From positions 129,220,740 to 129,276,041 of the forward strand of contig NC_068984.1 in NCBI RefSeq assembly GCF_001194135.2: DNA of 55,302 bases, read 5' to 3'. Shown piece by piece: positions 1 through 11,486 of the stretch. The translations under genes were made by a program, and so were the position numbers. This DNA comes from Octopus bimaculoides. Its lineage: Eukaryota. Below the pieces are notes generated by a model, which ran no database searches, was not told where the DNA came from, and saw nothing but the letters and a program-made list of their open reading frames with translations. Each line of letters begins with the position of its first letter. The first letter of the stretch is position 1.

Positions 1-46
1 CCCTTCTTTTTATAGACATACATGTGTGTAGGTGTATGTATGGGTA

Positions 47-77
<31 letters not shown>

Positions 78-477
78 ATGTGTATATATATATATATATT
101 TATATAGATGTGTGTGGGTATGCATGCATATGTATGTCTGGATATTCAAAGTCATCGTTTTTTAAATTTTATAAAAACATCGTAAAAAATTTTTAAAAAG
201 AACTTCATACATTTTGTACATCTGTTTGTATTTGTCTTTGTATCATCTATGTAAATTAGATCCGTAGTGATCATAATAAAAATTTCATTTCATTTCTGCC
301 AAACAGTCGTTGACAAACGTTTATCTCGCCACCTTCGGAAAATATAGGGTAAGTTCTCACCCTTCATTATTTTATCGGAATACATAACTATATATATGTA
401 TATATATTTCAGAAGTGACAAGTTCAAAAAAAGCAATTTAATCTATATTTATCTAATCAATATAGTCAGTCAAACTA

Positions 478-935
478 GGGTAGCAAGCTGGCAGAATCGT
501 TAGCACGTCGAGGAAAATACTTTATTGTATTTCGTCCGACTTTACGTTCAGAGGTCGACTGTGCCTGTCATCTTTTTTCAAGGCCGATAAAATAAGTACC
601 AGTTGAGCACTGGTATCGATATAATCGACTTCATGCGAAATTATTGGCCTTGTGTCAAAATTTGAAACCAATATATTTTATCGAACTAACGATTATGTTT
701 TAAATGTTTACCAATATAGAGGGCGAGCCAAAAGTCACGCACCAAAACAATTGGCATTTTATTTAGCTTAACACCATTTCGTTCGACTTCACGCTTTCAG
801 TTCACAGTTCGCTGAGGTCGACTTTGCCTGTCATCCTTTCGGGGTTCATGAAATAATTACCAAGTTGAATACTGGGGTCGATGTAATCAACTGTCTCCTT
901 CCCAAAAAATTTCAGACCCTATGCCTAAAAGATTA
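478..935 (+). mobile_element. Two diverged SINE-A copies (about 478-675 and 770-935)
   Basis: Both match the family consensus (gctggcagaatcgttagcac ... gaggtcgactttgcctttcatcc ... aataagtaccagttgagcactggggtcgat ... gccttgtg) seen many times in the window. Confidence 0.8.
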
Positions 936-1077
936 TTCATTTTGTTCATGTTCAAGTACAGGTATTTTCATCAATATTTTATTTTATTTTATTTTATTTT
1001 AGAAGAATTGTAGCGTACTGAACCTATTTTGTGCGTGATTTTGATCCACTTTGTGTCGGTTTGTGTGTGTATGTATA

Positions 1078-1311
1078 CAGGGTTGACCAAAAATCACCCG
1101 ACAATAAATTTAAAATTCCATAAATACTTAATATTCAAATTTATTTATTCATTCCAATTATGAATGTTTGATAATTGAATACTGTGAGTTAAAATCACCA
1201 TTTTCTTTTCAGCACTATTTATTACCGAAGTCTCATATAAAATAATTTTTTGTTTTAATCTTGGAATTAATTGGGTTTTGATTTACTGTCAGGTAACTTT
1301 TGGCCAACGAT
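1078..1311. mobile_element. Tc1/mariner-type MITE, copy 1
   Basis: Starts TA|CAGGGTTGACCAAAAATCACCCGACA and ends TGTCAGGTAACTTTTGGCCAACGA|TA: imperfect ~26 bp terminal inverted repeats (TIRs) with TA flanks. The same TIR occurs at 38050-38322. Confidence 0.75.
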
Positions 1312-1519
1312 ATATATATATATATATATATATATANNNNNNNNNNNNNNNNNNNNNNNNNNNNNNNNNNNNNNNNNNNNNNNNNNNNNNNNNNNNNNNN
1401 NNNNNNNNNNNNNNNNNNNNNNNNNNNNNNNNNNNNNNNNNNNNNNNNNNNNNNNNNNNNNNNNNNNNNNNTATATATATTGCTTTTAAGTCAAGTAATA
1501 AACAGTAATCCTTCTTAAC

Positions 1520-1900
1520 ACAAGCAAAATACCTGAAATGTGGTGGGAGGGTCTAAGTCGATTACATCGACCTCATTGCTCGACTGCTACTTATTTCATC
1601 GACCCGAAAAGTAGGAAAAGGCAAAATCGACCTCGGCGTAATCTGAGCCCAGAACGTAAGCACAGACGAAATGCTTAGGGGCACGCTAACTGTTCCGTCA
1701 GCTCGCCGCCTTATTTATGCCAAGTAATAATGGTTTCAGATTTTGGCACAAGGCCAGCAATGTCAGGGAGGGAATAAGCCTATAAAATCCGTCTCCAGTG
1801 CGTAACTGGTACTTATCTCATCGACACAAAAGGATGAAAAACAAAGTCGACTACGGTGGAATTTGAACTCAGAGCGTAAAGATGGACGATATGCCATCAT
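1520..1900 (-). mobile_element. Two tandem SINE-A copies (about 1520-1712 and 1728-1900)
   Basis: Reverse complement of the family consensus; the head ends cagctcgccgcctt at about 1710. Confidence 0.8.
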
Positions 1901-1949
1901 CGAACTGTCCGATGATGGATTAGTAGGCCGAATCCTCGAAGTCACTATC

Positions 1950-2336
1950 AATGCTTCGTAATTTAACGCGCTCAGGCGATAAACTATTTTTCTCTATTGC
2001 CCACAAGGGGCTAAACAAAGAGGGGACAACAAGGAGAGACAAAGGGATTCAGTCGATTACATCAACCCAAGTGCGTACCTGGTATTTATTTAATCGACCC
2101 CGAAAGGATGAAAAACAAAGTGGGCATCGGCAGAATTTGAACTCAGATCGTAGCGGCAGACGAAATACCGATAAGCATTTCGCCCGGCGCGCTAACGTTT
2201 CTGCCAGCTCGCCGCCTTCAGGCGATAAAATATTAGATCCAGTATCAATAAGAGAAAATGATTTGCTGCCAATAATGTTCACAGTCATGCATACACAAAG
2301 ACATTCATACACATGTATATATACACATGTATATAC

Positions 2337-2375
<39 letters not shown>

Positions 2376-3012
2376 NNNNNNNNNNNNNNNNNNNNNNNNN
2401 NNNNNNNNNNNNNNNNNNNNNNNNNNNNNNNNNNNNNNNNNNNNNNNNNNNNNNNNNNNNNNNNNNNNNNNNNNNNNNNNNNNNNNNNNNNNNNNNNNNN
2501 NNNNNNNNNNNNNNNNNNNNNNNNNNNNNNNNNNNNNNNNNNNNNNNNNNNNNNNNNNNNNNNNNNNNNNNNNNNNNNNNNNNNNNNNNNNNNNNNNNNN
2601 NNNNNNNNNNNNNNNNNNNNNNNNNNNNNNNNNNNNNNNNNNNNNNNNNNNNNNNNNNNNNNNNNNNNNNNNNNNNNNNNNNNNNNNNNNNNNNNNNNNN
2701 NNNNNNNNNNNNNNNNNNNNNNNNNNNNNNNNNNNNNNNNNNNNNNNNNNNNNNNNNNNNNNNNNNNNNNNNNNNNNNNNNNNNNNNNNNNNNNNNNNNN
2801 NNNNNNNNNNNNNNNNNNNNNNNNNNNNNNNNNNNNNNNNNNNNNNNNNNNATATATATATATAATATATATATATATGCATAATGTGTATATATGAATA
2901 TGTATGAGTGTGTTTGTATGTGTGGATGCGGAAATTATTGGCAGCCAAACGTTTTCTCTTATTAATACTGGATCTAATATATACGCCTGGGCGTGTTAAA
3001 TTACGAAACATT
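1950..3012. repeat. Long inverted-repeat (foldback/MITE-like) element with (TA)n and gap centre; left arm interrupted by SINE-A
   Basis: Left arm with the SINE removed: aatgcttcgtaatttaacgcgctcaggcg-atattagatccagtatcaataagagaaaatgatttgctgccaataat. Reverse complement of 2930-3012: aaaatgtttcgtaatttaacacgcccaggcgtatatattagatccagtattaataagagaaaacgtttggctgccaataat. Confidence 0.75.
1984..2218 (-). mobile_element. SINE-A, long-tail variant, with TSD
   Basis: Full head (ccagctcgccgcctt). Flanked by tcaggcgataaa at 1972-1983 and 2218-2229. Confidence 0.9.
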
Positions 3013-3602
3013 TTATATTTTTAGAATGCAACTAAATTTTTCTGTCTAATTTTTGTACAAGAAACATTAATTTCCTCATAAATGTTAAGTGATATTTTAT
3101 TAGAAATCAAGTATAAAGTTCTTAGAGTAGAATTTATATTTTTGTAAATTTAACAAATAATGTCAGTTCTATAGTATAATGGAAGTTGGATTCTCGATTT
3201 AGTCTGTCATCGTATATGTTAACACCGTTTATGTTTGTATTTATGCTTGCATTTATGGAAACATCGTTGATGCCAGCATTTGTGCCCATCTGATATTCAT
3301 GCTTAGAATCATTATCATATATATAATGCACTTCATTTCACTGAAATTAATTTATATTTAAAAATGAAGCTAACGAAATATTTATTCTCATGTCATCTTT
3401 TATTACTATATAGACAGTCAGTCAGTCAGACAGATATATATATATATAATAGATAGATAGATAGATAGATATAGATTTCCATGAATATTATACTGTACAA
3501 TATAGGTTTCAAGCAAAATTAAAAGCTTTGATATATTCCGTGCATATAATATATTTATAGACATTATCATTAAACTAGTTTCTAGCATGAATTAAGAGAA
3601 CA

Positions 3603-3654
<52 letters not shown>

Positions 3655-3703
3655 NNNNNNNNNNNNNNNNNNNNNNNNNNNNNNNNNNNNNNNNNNNNNN
3701 NNN

Positions 3704-3758
<55 letters not shown>

Positions 3759-4327
3759 GAATAGCATAATATGCGGATTCAGAGAATCGTTCTGCTATTA
3801 CAGAAAGCTCCTTTACGGACTCGGCTATCAGCCGAATATAGTAATCAATTACGAAGAAGTGTAGTGTAGAGTGTCTATGTATCTGAAAAATCAAGAAAAT
3901 CCGATTTGTGAGATTATTTCATGAGGAGTATATATATATAACTATAAGTTCAGGAGGTATGAGAGGTGAATCATCTACGCATAATTTCTTCTATACTGAA
4001 GCTAATACTTACACGAAAAATGTTGCGAAACAGCCGTAATACCATGGAAATCAAGTGGTTAAATAAATATATATTCACTTGTCATACCTCCTGATTTATG
4101 GTTTCATGTATGTATGTTTCAAGCGATAATTATCTGTAATTATGCCTATGAGTTCAGTGTCATTTACATCAGTAGATTTGATGAGATCAATATTGATTTC
4201 TTTTGTAAGAAACAAATTAAAATATGATCAAGAGGAGGCGATTTGTCTAATACCTTTAGAATGATAAAAGACAAACCTGACGCCGACGAGATTTGAACCA
4301 GGAACGAGAGTCGTTAAACACAATACT

Positions 4328-4547
4328 TTTCTACTCTAGACACAAGGCCCCAAAGTTCTTTTTGGGGGGGGGGGGAACAGTCGATTAGATCGACCCAGTA
4401 CACAACTGGTACTTAATCTATGAACCCCCTGAAAGGATGTAAGGCAAAGTTGACCTCGGCGGAATTTGAACTCAGAACGTAAAGACAGACGAAATACTGT
4501 TAAGCATTTCGCCCGGCGTGCTAACAATTTTGCCAGCTTGACACCTT
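4328..4547 (-). mobile_element. SINE-A with 17-bp TSD
   Basis: tcgttaaacacaatact at 4311-4327 and tcgttaaacataatact at 4547-4563 (1 mismatch). Confidence 0.9.
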
Positions 4548-5718
4548 CGTTAAACATAATACTGTTACGAATTTAGTTCATTTATGGCTTCCAACCAAAC
4601 CTAAATGAGTTTATTATTATCTACTTTGAATTCTCTATTTAATAATGCTTTCTGTAATTTGAGTCAGTTGCAGTTTGGGAGCATTTCCATGGAATATTTC
4701 TACCAATAAAATCAAATAAAATCAAAACATTAGACAATATTTACTATTTTCAAAGAAATTTATGATAGCAGCTCTAAAGGTTGTCATTTTGTTATCATCT
4801 GTTTTATTCCTCTTCTCCTTATCACTACCCTCATCAACATCATCACGACCTATTTATGGAAGTCAGCTTCTGCCTAGACTAAACAGGAGTAATATCAGGG
4901 TACTGTTTAGTTGTACAAGATTATAAAAACAAGTTATCTCACATTTATTTAATGGCCTTGCAAATTGATGGAAACGGCAATCCTTTAGATTTTGGGGCCT
5001 GAGCTACTTTTTATATTTCCTGTTGAGTATTCCCATTACTATCGACATTTGTTACCGTTATTGCTCACACATTGCTTCTTATGTTCCATTACTGGGCAAT
5101 GATTATAACCGTTTCTAAGAGATATTTGAAAGAAACTATTAAAGAGAGAAGCCAGTAGTCGTGATATTTCTTCAAAATATACGAACGTATTTTATTTGTC
5201 AAAATAACTTCATTGATATTGATATAAAAGCATGTGTCTGTGTTTGTATCTCTCTCTCTCTCTGTACATATATATATATATGTATGTATGTATACATACA
5301 TGTGTGTATGTGTGTGAGCAATTATATATATATGTATGTATGTATACATACATGTGTGTATGTGTGTNNNNNNNNNNNNNNNNNNNNNNNNNNNNNNNNN
5401 NNNNNNNNNNNNNNNNNNNNNNNNNNNNNNNNNNNNNNNNNNNNNNNNNNNNNNNNNNNNNNNNNNNNNNNNNNNNNNNNNNNNNNNNNNNNNNNNNNNN
5501 NNNNNNNNNNNNNNNNNNNNNNNNNNNNNNNNNNNNNNNNNNNNNNNNNNNNNNNNNNNNNNNNNNNNNNNNNNNNNNNNNNNNNNNNNNNNNNNNNNNN
5601 NNNNNNNNNNNNNNNNNNNNNNNNNNNNNNNNNNNTCTCCGCCACTGCTACCACCACCACCACCACCACGCCTGACAACATATCAAATGCAACAATATTT
5701 GTTGTTAACATCAGAGTA

Positions 5719-6135
5719 TTTAAGGCGGCGACCTGGCAGAATCGTTAGCACGCGGGGCGAAATGCTTAGCAGTATTTCGTCTGTCTTTACGTTCTGAGTT
5801 CAAATTCCGCCGTCTTTCATCCTTTCGAGGTCGATAAATTAAGTACCAGTTGCGTACTGGGGTCGATCTAATCGATTAGCCCCTTCCCCAAAAATTTCGG
5901 GCCTTGTGGTTAACATCAGAGTAGTTAAGGCGGTGAGCTGACAGGATCGTTCGCACGCCGGGTATTTCATCCATCCTTACGATCTGAATTCATATTCCGC
6001 CGAGGTCGACTTTGTCTTTTTTCCTATTCGCAGTGGATAAAATAAGTACCATTTGAAAAGTGGGGTCGACGTAATCAATTAGCCCCCTCCCTAAAAATTT
6101 CTGACCGTGTGCCAGAATTGGAAACCAATATCAGA
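5719..6135 (+). mobile_element. Tandem SINE-A pair inserted at the same site
   Basis: Exact 15-bp repeat gttaacatcagagta at 5704-5718 and 5909-5923 flanks the first copy. The second, older copy ends near aatatcagag. Confidence 0.85.
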
Positions 6136-6193
6136 GGAGCTGCAAAGACATGCAATTTTTGGTGATCCATATAATTATACATGAACTACTCAC

Positions 6194-6343
6194 TCCTCAA
6201 GTAGGATTTGTATCTAATGTCCTCGTGTTCCATAAATTTCATAGCGGACTCCACCACTTTGAACTGTTCCTCCATGCCCCTCATCGGTTCACTGAATCTT
6301 TTGGTTGTTATCGTCCTGGACGTGCTGGACGAACACAACCATC
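6194..6343 (-). CDS. Candidate coding exon, unknown protein: (G)WLCSSSTSRTITTKRFSEPMRGMEEQFKVVESAMKFMEHEDIRYKSYLR
   Basis: Stop-free frame with G/C-rich third positions in an AT-rich background. Strong donor AGGA|GTGAGT (intron starts at 6193). Weak acceptor ctgttag at 6344-6345, or start from the ATG at 6284. No recognised homology. Confidence 0.4.
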
Positions 6344-6870
6344 CTAACAGGATCTAACCGCTGAGAATGTTTCTTTCTCTTGATTACGGATATCAATTCT
6401 TTGCCAGAGGCCTGAAGCTTTTTCTGACTCCGAACATGAAGGATCCGACCACATTCAAGAAGAAGTTGGCGGTCATCGAGTCACTGCAGTAGTTGCCGAA
6501 TAAAATCACAAATACGGCATACCTTTTTATTTACCATCAGATTTAAACGTAATATTGTCAATATGTCTGGGAAAATGGCAGAAGTTCAAATTTAGTGTAT
6601 GCCACGAAATATTACGTTAGGTCATCTATTTATAGTTTTATTCTCAGATATCCGGCGCATTCAGTATTTCCTATGATGGGATTACTAATCCTGTAAATTA
6701 AAAATACTGATTTAAGGAGCTACTTGCAGTCAGTTTCAAATTAAGGTGATTCATTTAAGAGGTTTTTTTTTTCTTTTCCTTAGCTAATATATTTATTATT
6801 AAAATTCCTTTCCCGTAAACTTGCTGGGCCATATGCCATAACTTGAAAGACTTATTATCACTATTATTAC

Positions 6871-6900
<30 letters not shown>

Positions 6901-6902
<2 letters not shown>

Positions 6903-7057
6903 CTTCGTAACACAGTGTAGGTAAAAATGCACCGGAGTCTTTAGTCAACAGTCAAGTTACAAGGACCTCAGACAGATAATACTTTCCTGAAGATGTGTGC
7001 TGTGTCCAATAAGGCTGCTTTTTAGAAGACATCGATCTTGCATGGGATTTCCAGTTG
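6901..7057 (-). mobile_element. R4/Dong-clade non-LTR retrotransposon, 3' end, inside a (TAA)n tract
   Basis: Minus-strand translation LEIPCKIDVF*KAALLDTAHIFRKVLSV* matches the C-terminal QK.ALLGTAHILR..L motif of restriction-like-endonuclease (RLE) R4/Dong ORFs. (ATT)n on both sides. Confidence 0.7.
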
Positions 7058-8087
7058 TATTATTATTATTATTACTATTATTGTTATTATCATTTCAATA
7101 ATTTATTGCAAGTTTAGGTACGTGAAGTTCTTTATTTTGTTTTGTTTTGTTTGCTTCTTTCTTTCTTTCATTGTGTTGAAAGTTCGCATTCTAAACTATG
7201 TGTACATTGTCCAATACTGTTATTCACTCTATGTTATATAAGCTTGTGAAAGTTCTGACGTTTTGTGTTTGTTTATGAATTTGTCTGAACCTCTTTTTGT
7301 CTTTCCCAAAGCAAATATTATGTGCATTGTATCCATTTTCAATTCCCTCATTCTAAATATCATTGTTTTCTAGTTTTATATCCTGATAGATTCTCCATTT
7401 TTTTTTCTTTTTGTTTTTCTTTTTTTGGGAGATATTTTATCGCCCGTTAGAACTGATACTTCGATTCGGGGACATTTGATGTCTCTTTGTTTTCTCTTTA
7501 TTTATATTATTTTTATCATCGTTACTATTTTTACAATTCTTCCCCGTTGATAATGATTTTATAAATAAAGATATTCAATTTGGATTTCGTATGAGCTTTT
7601 ACATGAAATGCAACCGAAACATATCTATGAATGCCATTTCCGTTTTGTTAATCAAAGCTAGAATCAGTTTTTTCTCTTATTTATTTTATTTATTATTTTG
7701 TATGCTTGTTTTTTTACTCAGCCACACAGTCTAGGTATGAAAACCTGTTCTCTGTTAAAAAAAAACAAAACAAAAAAAAAACAGCTTTCGTGCGAAAACT
7801 ATAAAGTTATTGGTTAGTAATAGAATATGTGTGAAGGGGTTTGTTCATGATTGATAGCATTTGTTTACGTAAATAGGAAGCGATTTCAGAAACCACTATA
7901 AGTATTAATTTTGAAAGATCAACGTCAGTCTGCTCAAAGATTTTGCTGTCTGTTGAAATGGAATCTCTTAATCTCTTACGCCGAAAGATAATCTCTTTTC
8001 CCAACCAAATCAATATCATTAGCTTCAGAACCAGCTCCAGATTACATTTCAGAAAGATATATTCAATTTAAGATGCTTGAGTGAGAA

Positions 8088-8234
8088 AAGTCACCAGTAT
8101 CACAAGTCACGAGTGTCACAGTTTCACTCGTGTTACAGTGTCACCAGAGCTCCAACAGCGTTTCAATATCACTGATCTCTAGTGGCACAGAGTGTAGCCA
8201 GTGTTACTAAAGTTGCTAATGAGATATTGTCACC

Positions 8235-8237
<3 letters not shown>
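8088..8237. repeat. Degenerate ~9-bp minisatellite (agtgtcacc-like)
   Basis: Repeated gtcacca / gtcacga / gtgtcac / gtgttac units. Confidence 0.6.
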
Positions 8238-8293
<56 letters not shown>

Positions 8294-8299
8294 AACTAT

Positions 8300-8540
8300 G
8301 ATGATGACTTCTTTTATTTGTCACAAGGACAGCGGATGAAAGGACGATACGAACGTTAAGAGTCTATGCAGAATTGATTGTAAAAGAAAAACAAACGTGG
8401 AAAACAGGAAGATAGGAATGAGACGACTTACTAGGGGTACAGTCACCTAGAGTCAATCAAGGAACGCCACGGATCCAGAATTAAGCTGAATACCAAATGA
8501 AGTACCCTTTCCTGGCTGCATTCGCTTACATAGATACAAG
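8300..8540 (-). mobile_element. Probable LINE 3' UTR with (TTA)n tail
   Basis: Adjacent to the (AAT)n tract at 8237-8300. Its terminal sequence resembles the SINE-A long tail. Family not identified. Confidence 0.35.
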
Positions 8541-9245
8541 CAACCGGAAAGCAACTTGGATTACTACCACCATAGACCAGAATCAAAAGGAGAAAACGGC
8601 ATCAATTGCCCAGAAATACTTAATACTATAGATCGAAATCTTACCTACCAACAATGTAGAAAGCCTTTGCATCTATCTAGAACATGCTTGTTATTCATCT
8701 GAAGAGCAATAATATATTACAAGCTCAGTAAAAAGAGCAGCTACTAGCGGACCAAACAACTATAGATGACAGTATAAAGAGGAAATGAAATCTTAGAATG
8801 ACTTGAATTGATCACTGAAATACATCTGATAGTAAATCAAACTCTTGGATACGAATACACTTTATATGCAATTATTAGCAGCCCCAACACTAAAAAACAC
8901 ATCAACCATGAAACGAAACAAGCAAAAGAAAACTAATTAGTAATATTAGAAGCACGAGAAAGCCAATATATTTTTTTCTATATATAAGGAAGCAATAACG
9001 TACAAACTGGAAATTAAATTCACTGCGGAAAAAGATTTGGATAAGACCAAACAATAGAAAAGGTTAAGAAAAAAAGCAAAGCAAGATATATCAGTACGGA
9101 ATTCCAAAATGTGCAGAAGAAAAATGGAGAGAAAAATCATCCACGTTCAATACCCTCGAAAGCCTCAATAAAAAGAGAAAAGGCCAGAGAAAAGGCTCGA
9201 AATGCCTGAACTAAAAGGAGAGACACAAGGTCTAAAGCAAATATA
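8540..9245 (+). mobile_element. Degraded R4/Dong-like ORF fragment (post-RT region)
   Basis: Frameshifted peptides KWREKS, IHVQYPRK and PELKGETQGL (about 9122-9235) resemble the W.EK.LHGQY and LK.ETEG.I motifs of R4/Dong elements. Confidence 0.5.
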
Positions 9246-10149
9246 GGTGAAAATGCAGCCTCCGGGACTTTCTGAATGGCATGCTTAAAGAAATATTTCC
9301 TTTGGTTCTTTAGTATTGCGGCCCGCTTGGTGATGAGCTACGTCTCATGCAGCCTGCTTCACGAAAAGGGTCATTCATGCTTGGTCTAGAGGAATTAAGA
9401 TAATATTGTTACATGATTATATTACTATATTCTCGTATGTATCTGTTTTAGGCGCTGAAGAGCTAGTTTGATAGAGATTTCTGCAACAGAATGGAACTTC
9501 AGTTGTTTATATTTGGGGATTGAATAAAGGGATATTGTTCTCTGCGGAAGATGAGGGAGGAAGAACAATAGGAAGACGCAGAACAGTTTAGAAAGTAAAT
9601 TTTCTATCTCCTTTTTAAAGAACGAAGTATTGAAGAAAACATTTATCTGCCTCAGTACTGCTTAAGTCATAAAAACAGGGATTATCTCCACTACTACAAT
9701 GAAACGTTCATTTTACGCAGGACTAAATATTAATAAAAATAAGTTTGTCTCAGAAATTTTATATTCTTCCATATTTTATCGCTGCAGAAGATAATGTTGT
9801 TAAGCACTATGTTTGGCCCGTGGAAAAAGCATGTTTGACTCGCAGCAGGTAAACTTAGATGTATTTCTTCGTAAAAAAAAAAAGGTGTCCCTTATGCTGT
9901 ACATAAACAGCAATTTCTTACTGTGGCTCAGTATTAGACAATGGGTACAGTCGAGTAAATTGGTCTCAGAATAATATTGTTTGTATTGAGCGTAAGGGAG
10001 ATAGGAAAAGCAAATCGGTGTTTGGTAAAGATTGTATAGAAGTCTAAAGCTAAATACTATAAGACAATATAGCTCAGCGTTGTATATCTTAGCCATCACC
10101 ACTACCTTTAATAATGAAATTATATATGAGCAAACGAGGGAGCCTCAAC

Positions 10150-10430
10150 ATGGATTTTTTACCTAGTCAGAAATAAATTTCTGGCCTTGTGCCTATAGTA
10201 GAAAGGATTATTATTATTATTATTATTATTAAAAAGTCGGCGAGCCAGCAGTATCGTTAGCACGCCGGACAAAATGCTTAACGCCATTTCATCCATCTTT
10301 ATGTGAGTTCACATTGCCTTTCATCCTTTCGGGAACGATAAAATAAGTATCAGTTGAGTACTGGGATTGATGTAATCCAGTTGCCCCTCCCCCAAAATTT
10401 CAAGTCTTGTGTCTTCTAGTAGAAAGGATT
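10150..10430 (+). mobile_element. SINE-A tail fragment plus a SINE-A copy
   Basis: Match to the family consensus. Confidence 0.75.
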
Positions 10431-10434
10431 ATTA

Positions 10435-10925
10435 TAATCCTCTCTACGTAGCCTCATGTCATGTTCGATATCTGATGATCTTATGGCTATACGTCTCTTG
10501 TACTGCCTATCTCTCACTCATCTACAGCTGATTTATGGATATCAACCTCCACGTTTCATTCGCTTCCATTTATCCACTGTATATACATGTGTAGTCGTCT
10601 TCCTCTTGAACCGTCAATTTTTCTCAGCATAATGCTATTTCTATGCCATCTACTCTTACAACGTGACAAAAAATTTTAATCTTTATTTGACAATCAATGC
10701 ATCTGAAATGCTCTCATGTTTCCCTTGCTGCATTATCGATCTGTTTGTTCTTCCCTCCGTTCATGATATTCTCAATCATTCTCTCCAGCATCACATATCG
10801 AATACATTAATTTTCCTTCTATCTTGTTTGTTTATTGTCCAGCTTCTGCATGCGTGCATCATTAGTGGACATGGCATTGATTTTTTTAAATAATCTCTTC
10901 TTTGTTCTTAGCAACGCTCCTTTAG
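10435..10925 (-). mobile_element. RTE-clade LINE 3' fragment, degraded
   Basis: The plus-strand string ttctctccagcatcacatatcgaatacattaattttcc...gtccagcttctgcatgc resembles the antisense of the RTE ORF2 C-terminal region. No intact ORF. Confidence 0.55.
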
Positions 10926-11443
10926 CTTTTATAATTTTTATCTAGATGCACTGTCTTAAACAGTGGAATGGTTAAGGTTGGAACGCCTTCGATCACAGAT
11001 CTGCTTGATCAAGGCTGACTTGGGGTTAAACAAAAACAAGAACAAGAATGACGACAACTGCAATGAAATCGCATTACAAGAGTCTTGAGAACGAGAGGAT
11101 AGTTGGGCAAGCTGCATTTCAAACCTGCATGCGTTACAAAGAAGCATTTATCGATTTGAAATCGATGCTATAAATGGCAAATATATATTGGAGTTCATGT
11201 AATCGGTTGTATTCTTCATATGTAAATTTAACTTCATGATAATTTATTACACCTGTGTTGAGTCCACAAAATATTTCACAATATCGAATTTTAGCGGATG
11301 GTGCTTAGCTAATAAGGAATCAATTTCTTACTGTGAAACTGAGAAAAATCAATAAGTTTTTCTTCCAGTTCATTGCACTTTCATAGAAATAATTTATCGC
11401 CGTCTTCTTTTTTAATAGTATTCCCTTAAATTCCCGAAATTTA

Positions 11444-11486
<43 letters not shown>

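Noticed and set aside
3134-3331. 65-aa N/I-rich minus-strand ORF
   Set aside because: No convincing splice sites or homology; the composition fits AT-rich drift.
3770-3886. Good minus-strand acceptor (ttttcttgatttttcag) as the exon following 6194
   Set aside because: The phase-1 continuation stops after two codons. There is no supporting evidence for the other phases.
7960-8040. Minus-strand peptide GAGSEANDIDLVGKRDYLSA* with a neuropeptide-like GKR site
   Set aside because: Very short, poor acceptor, and no signal peptide or repeated peptide.
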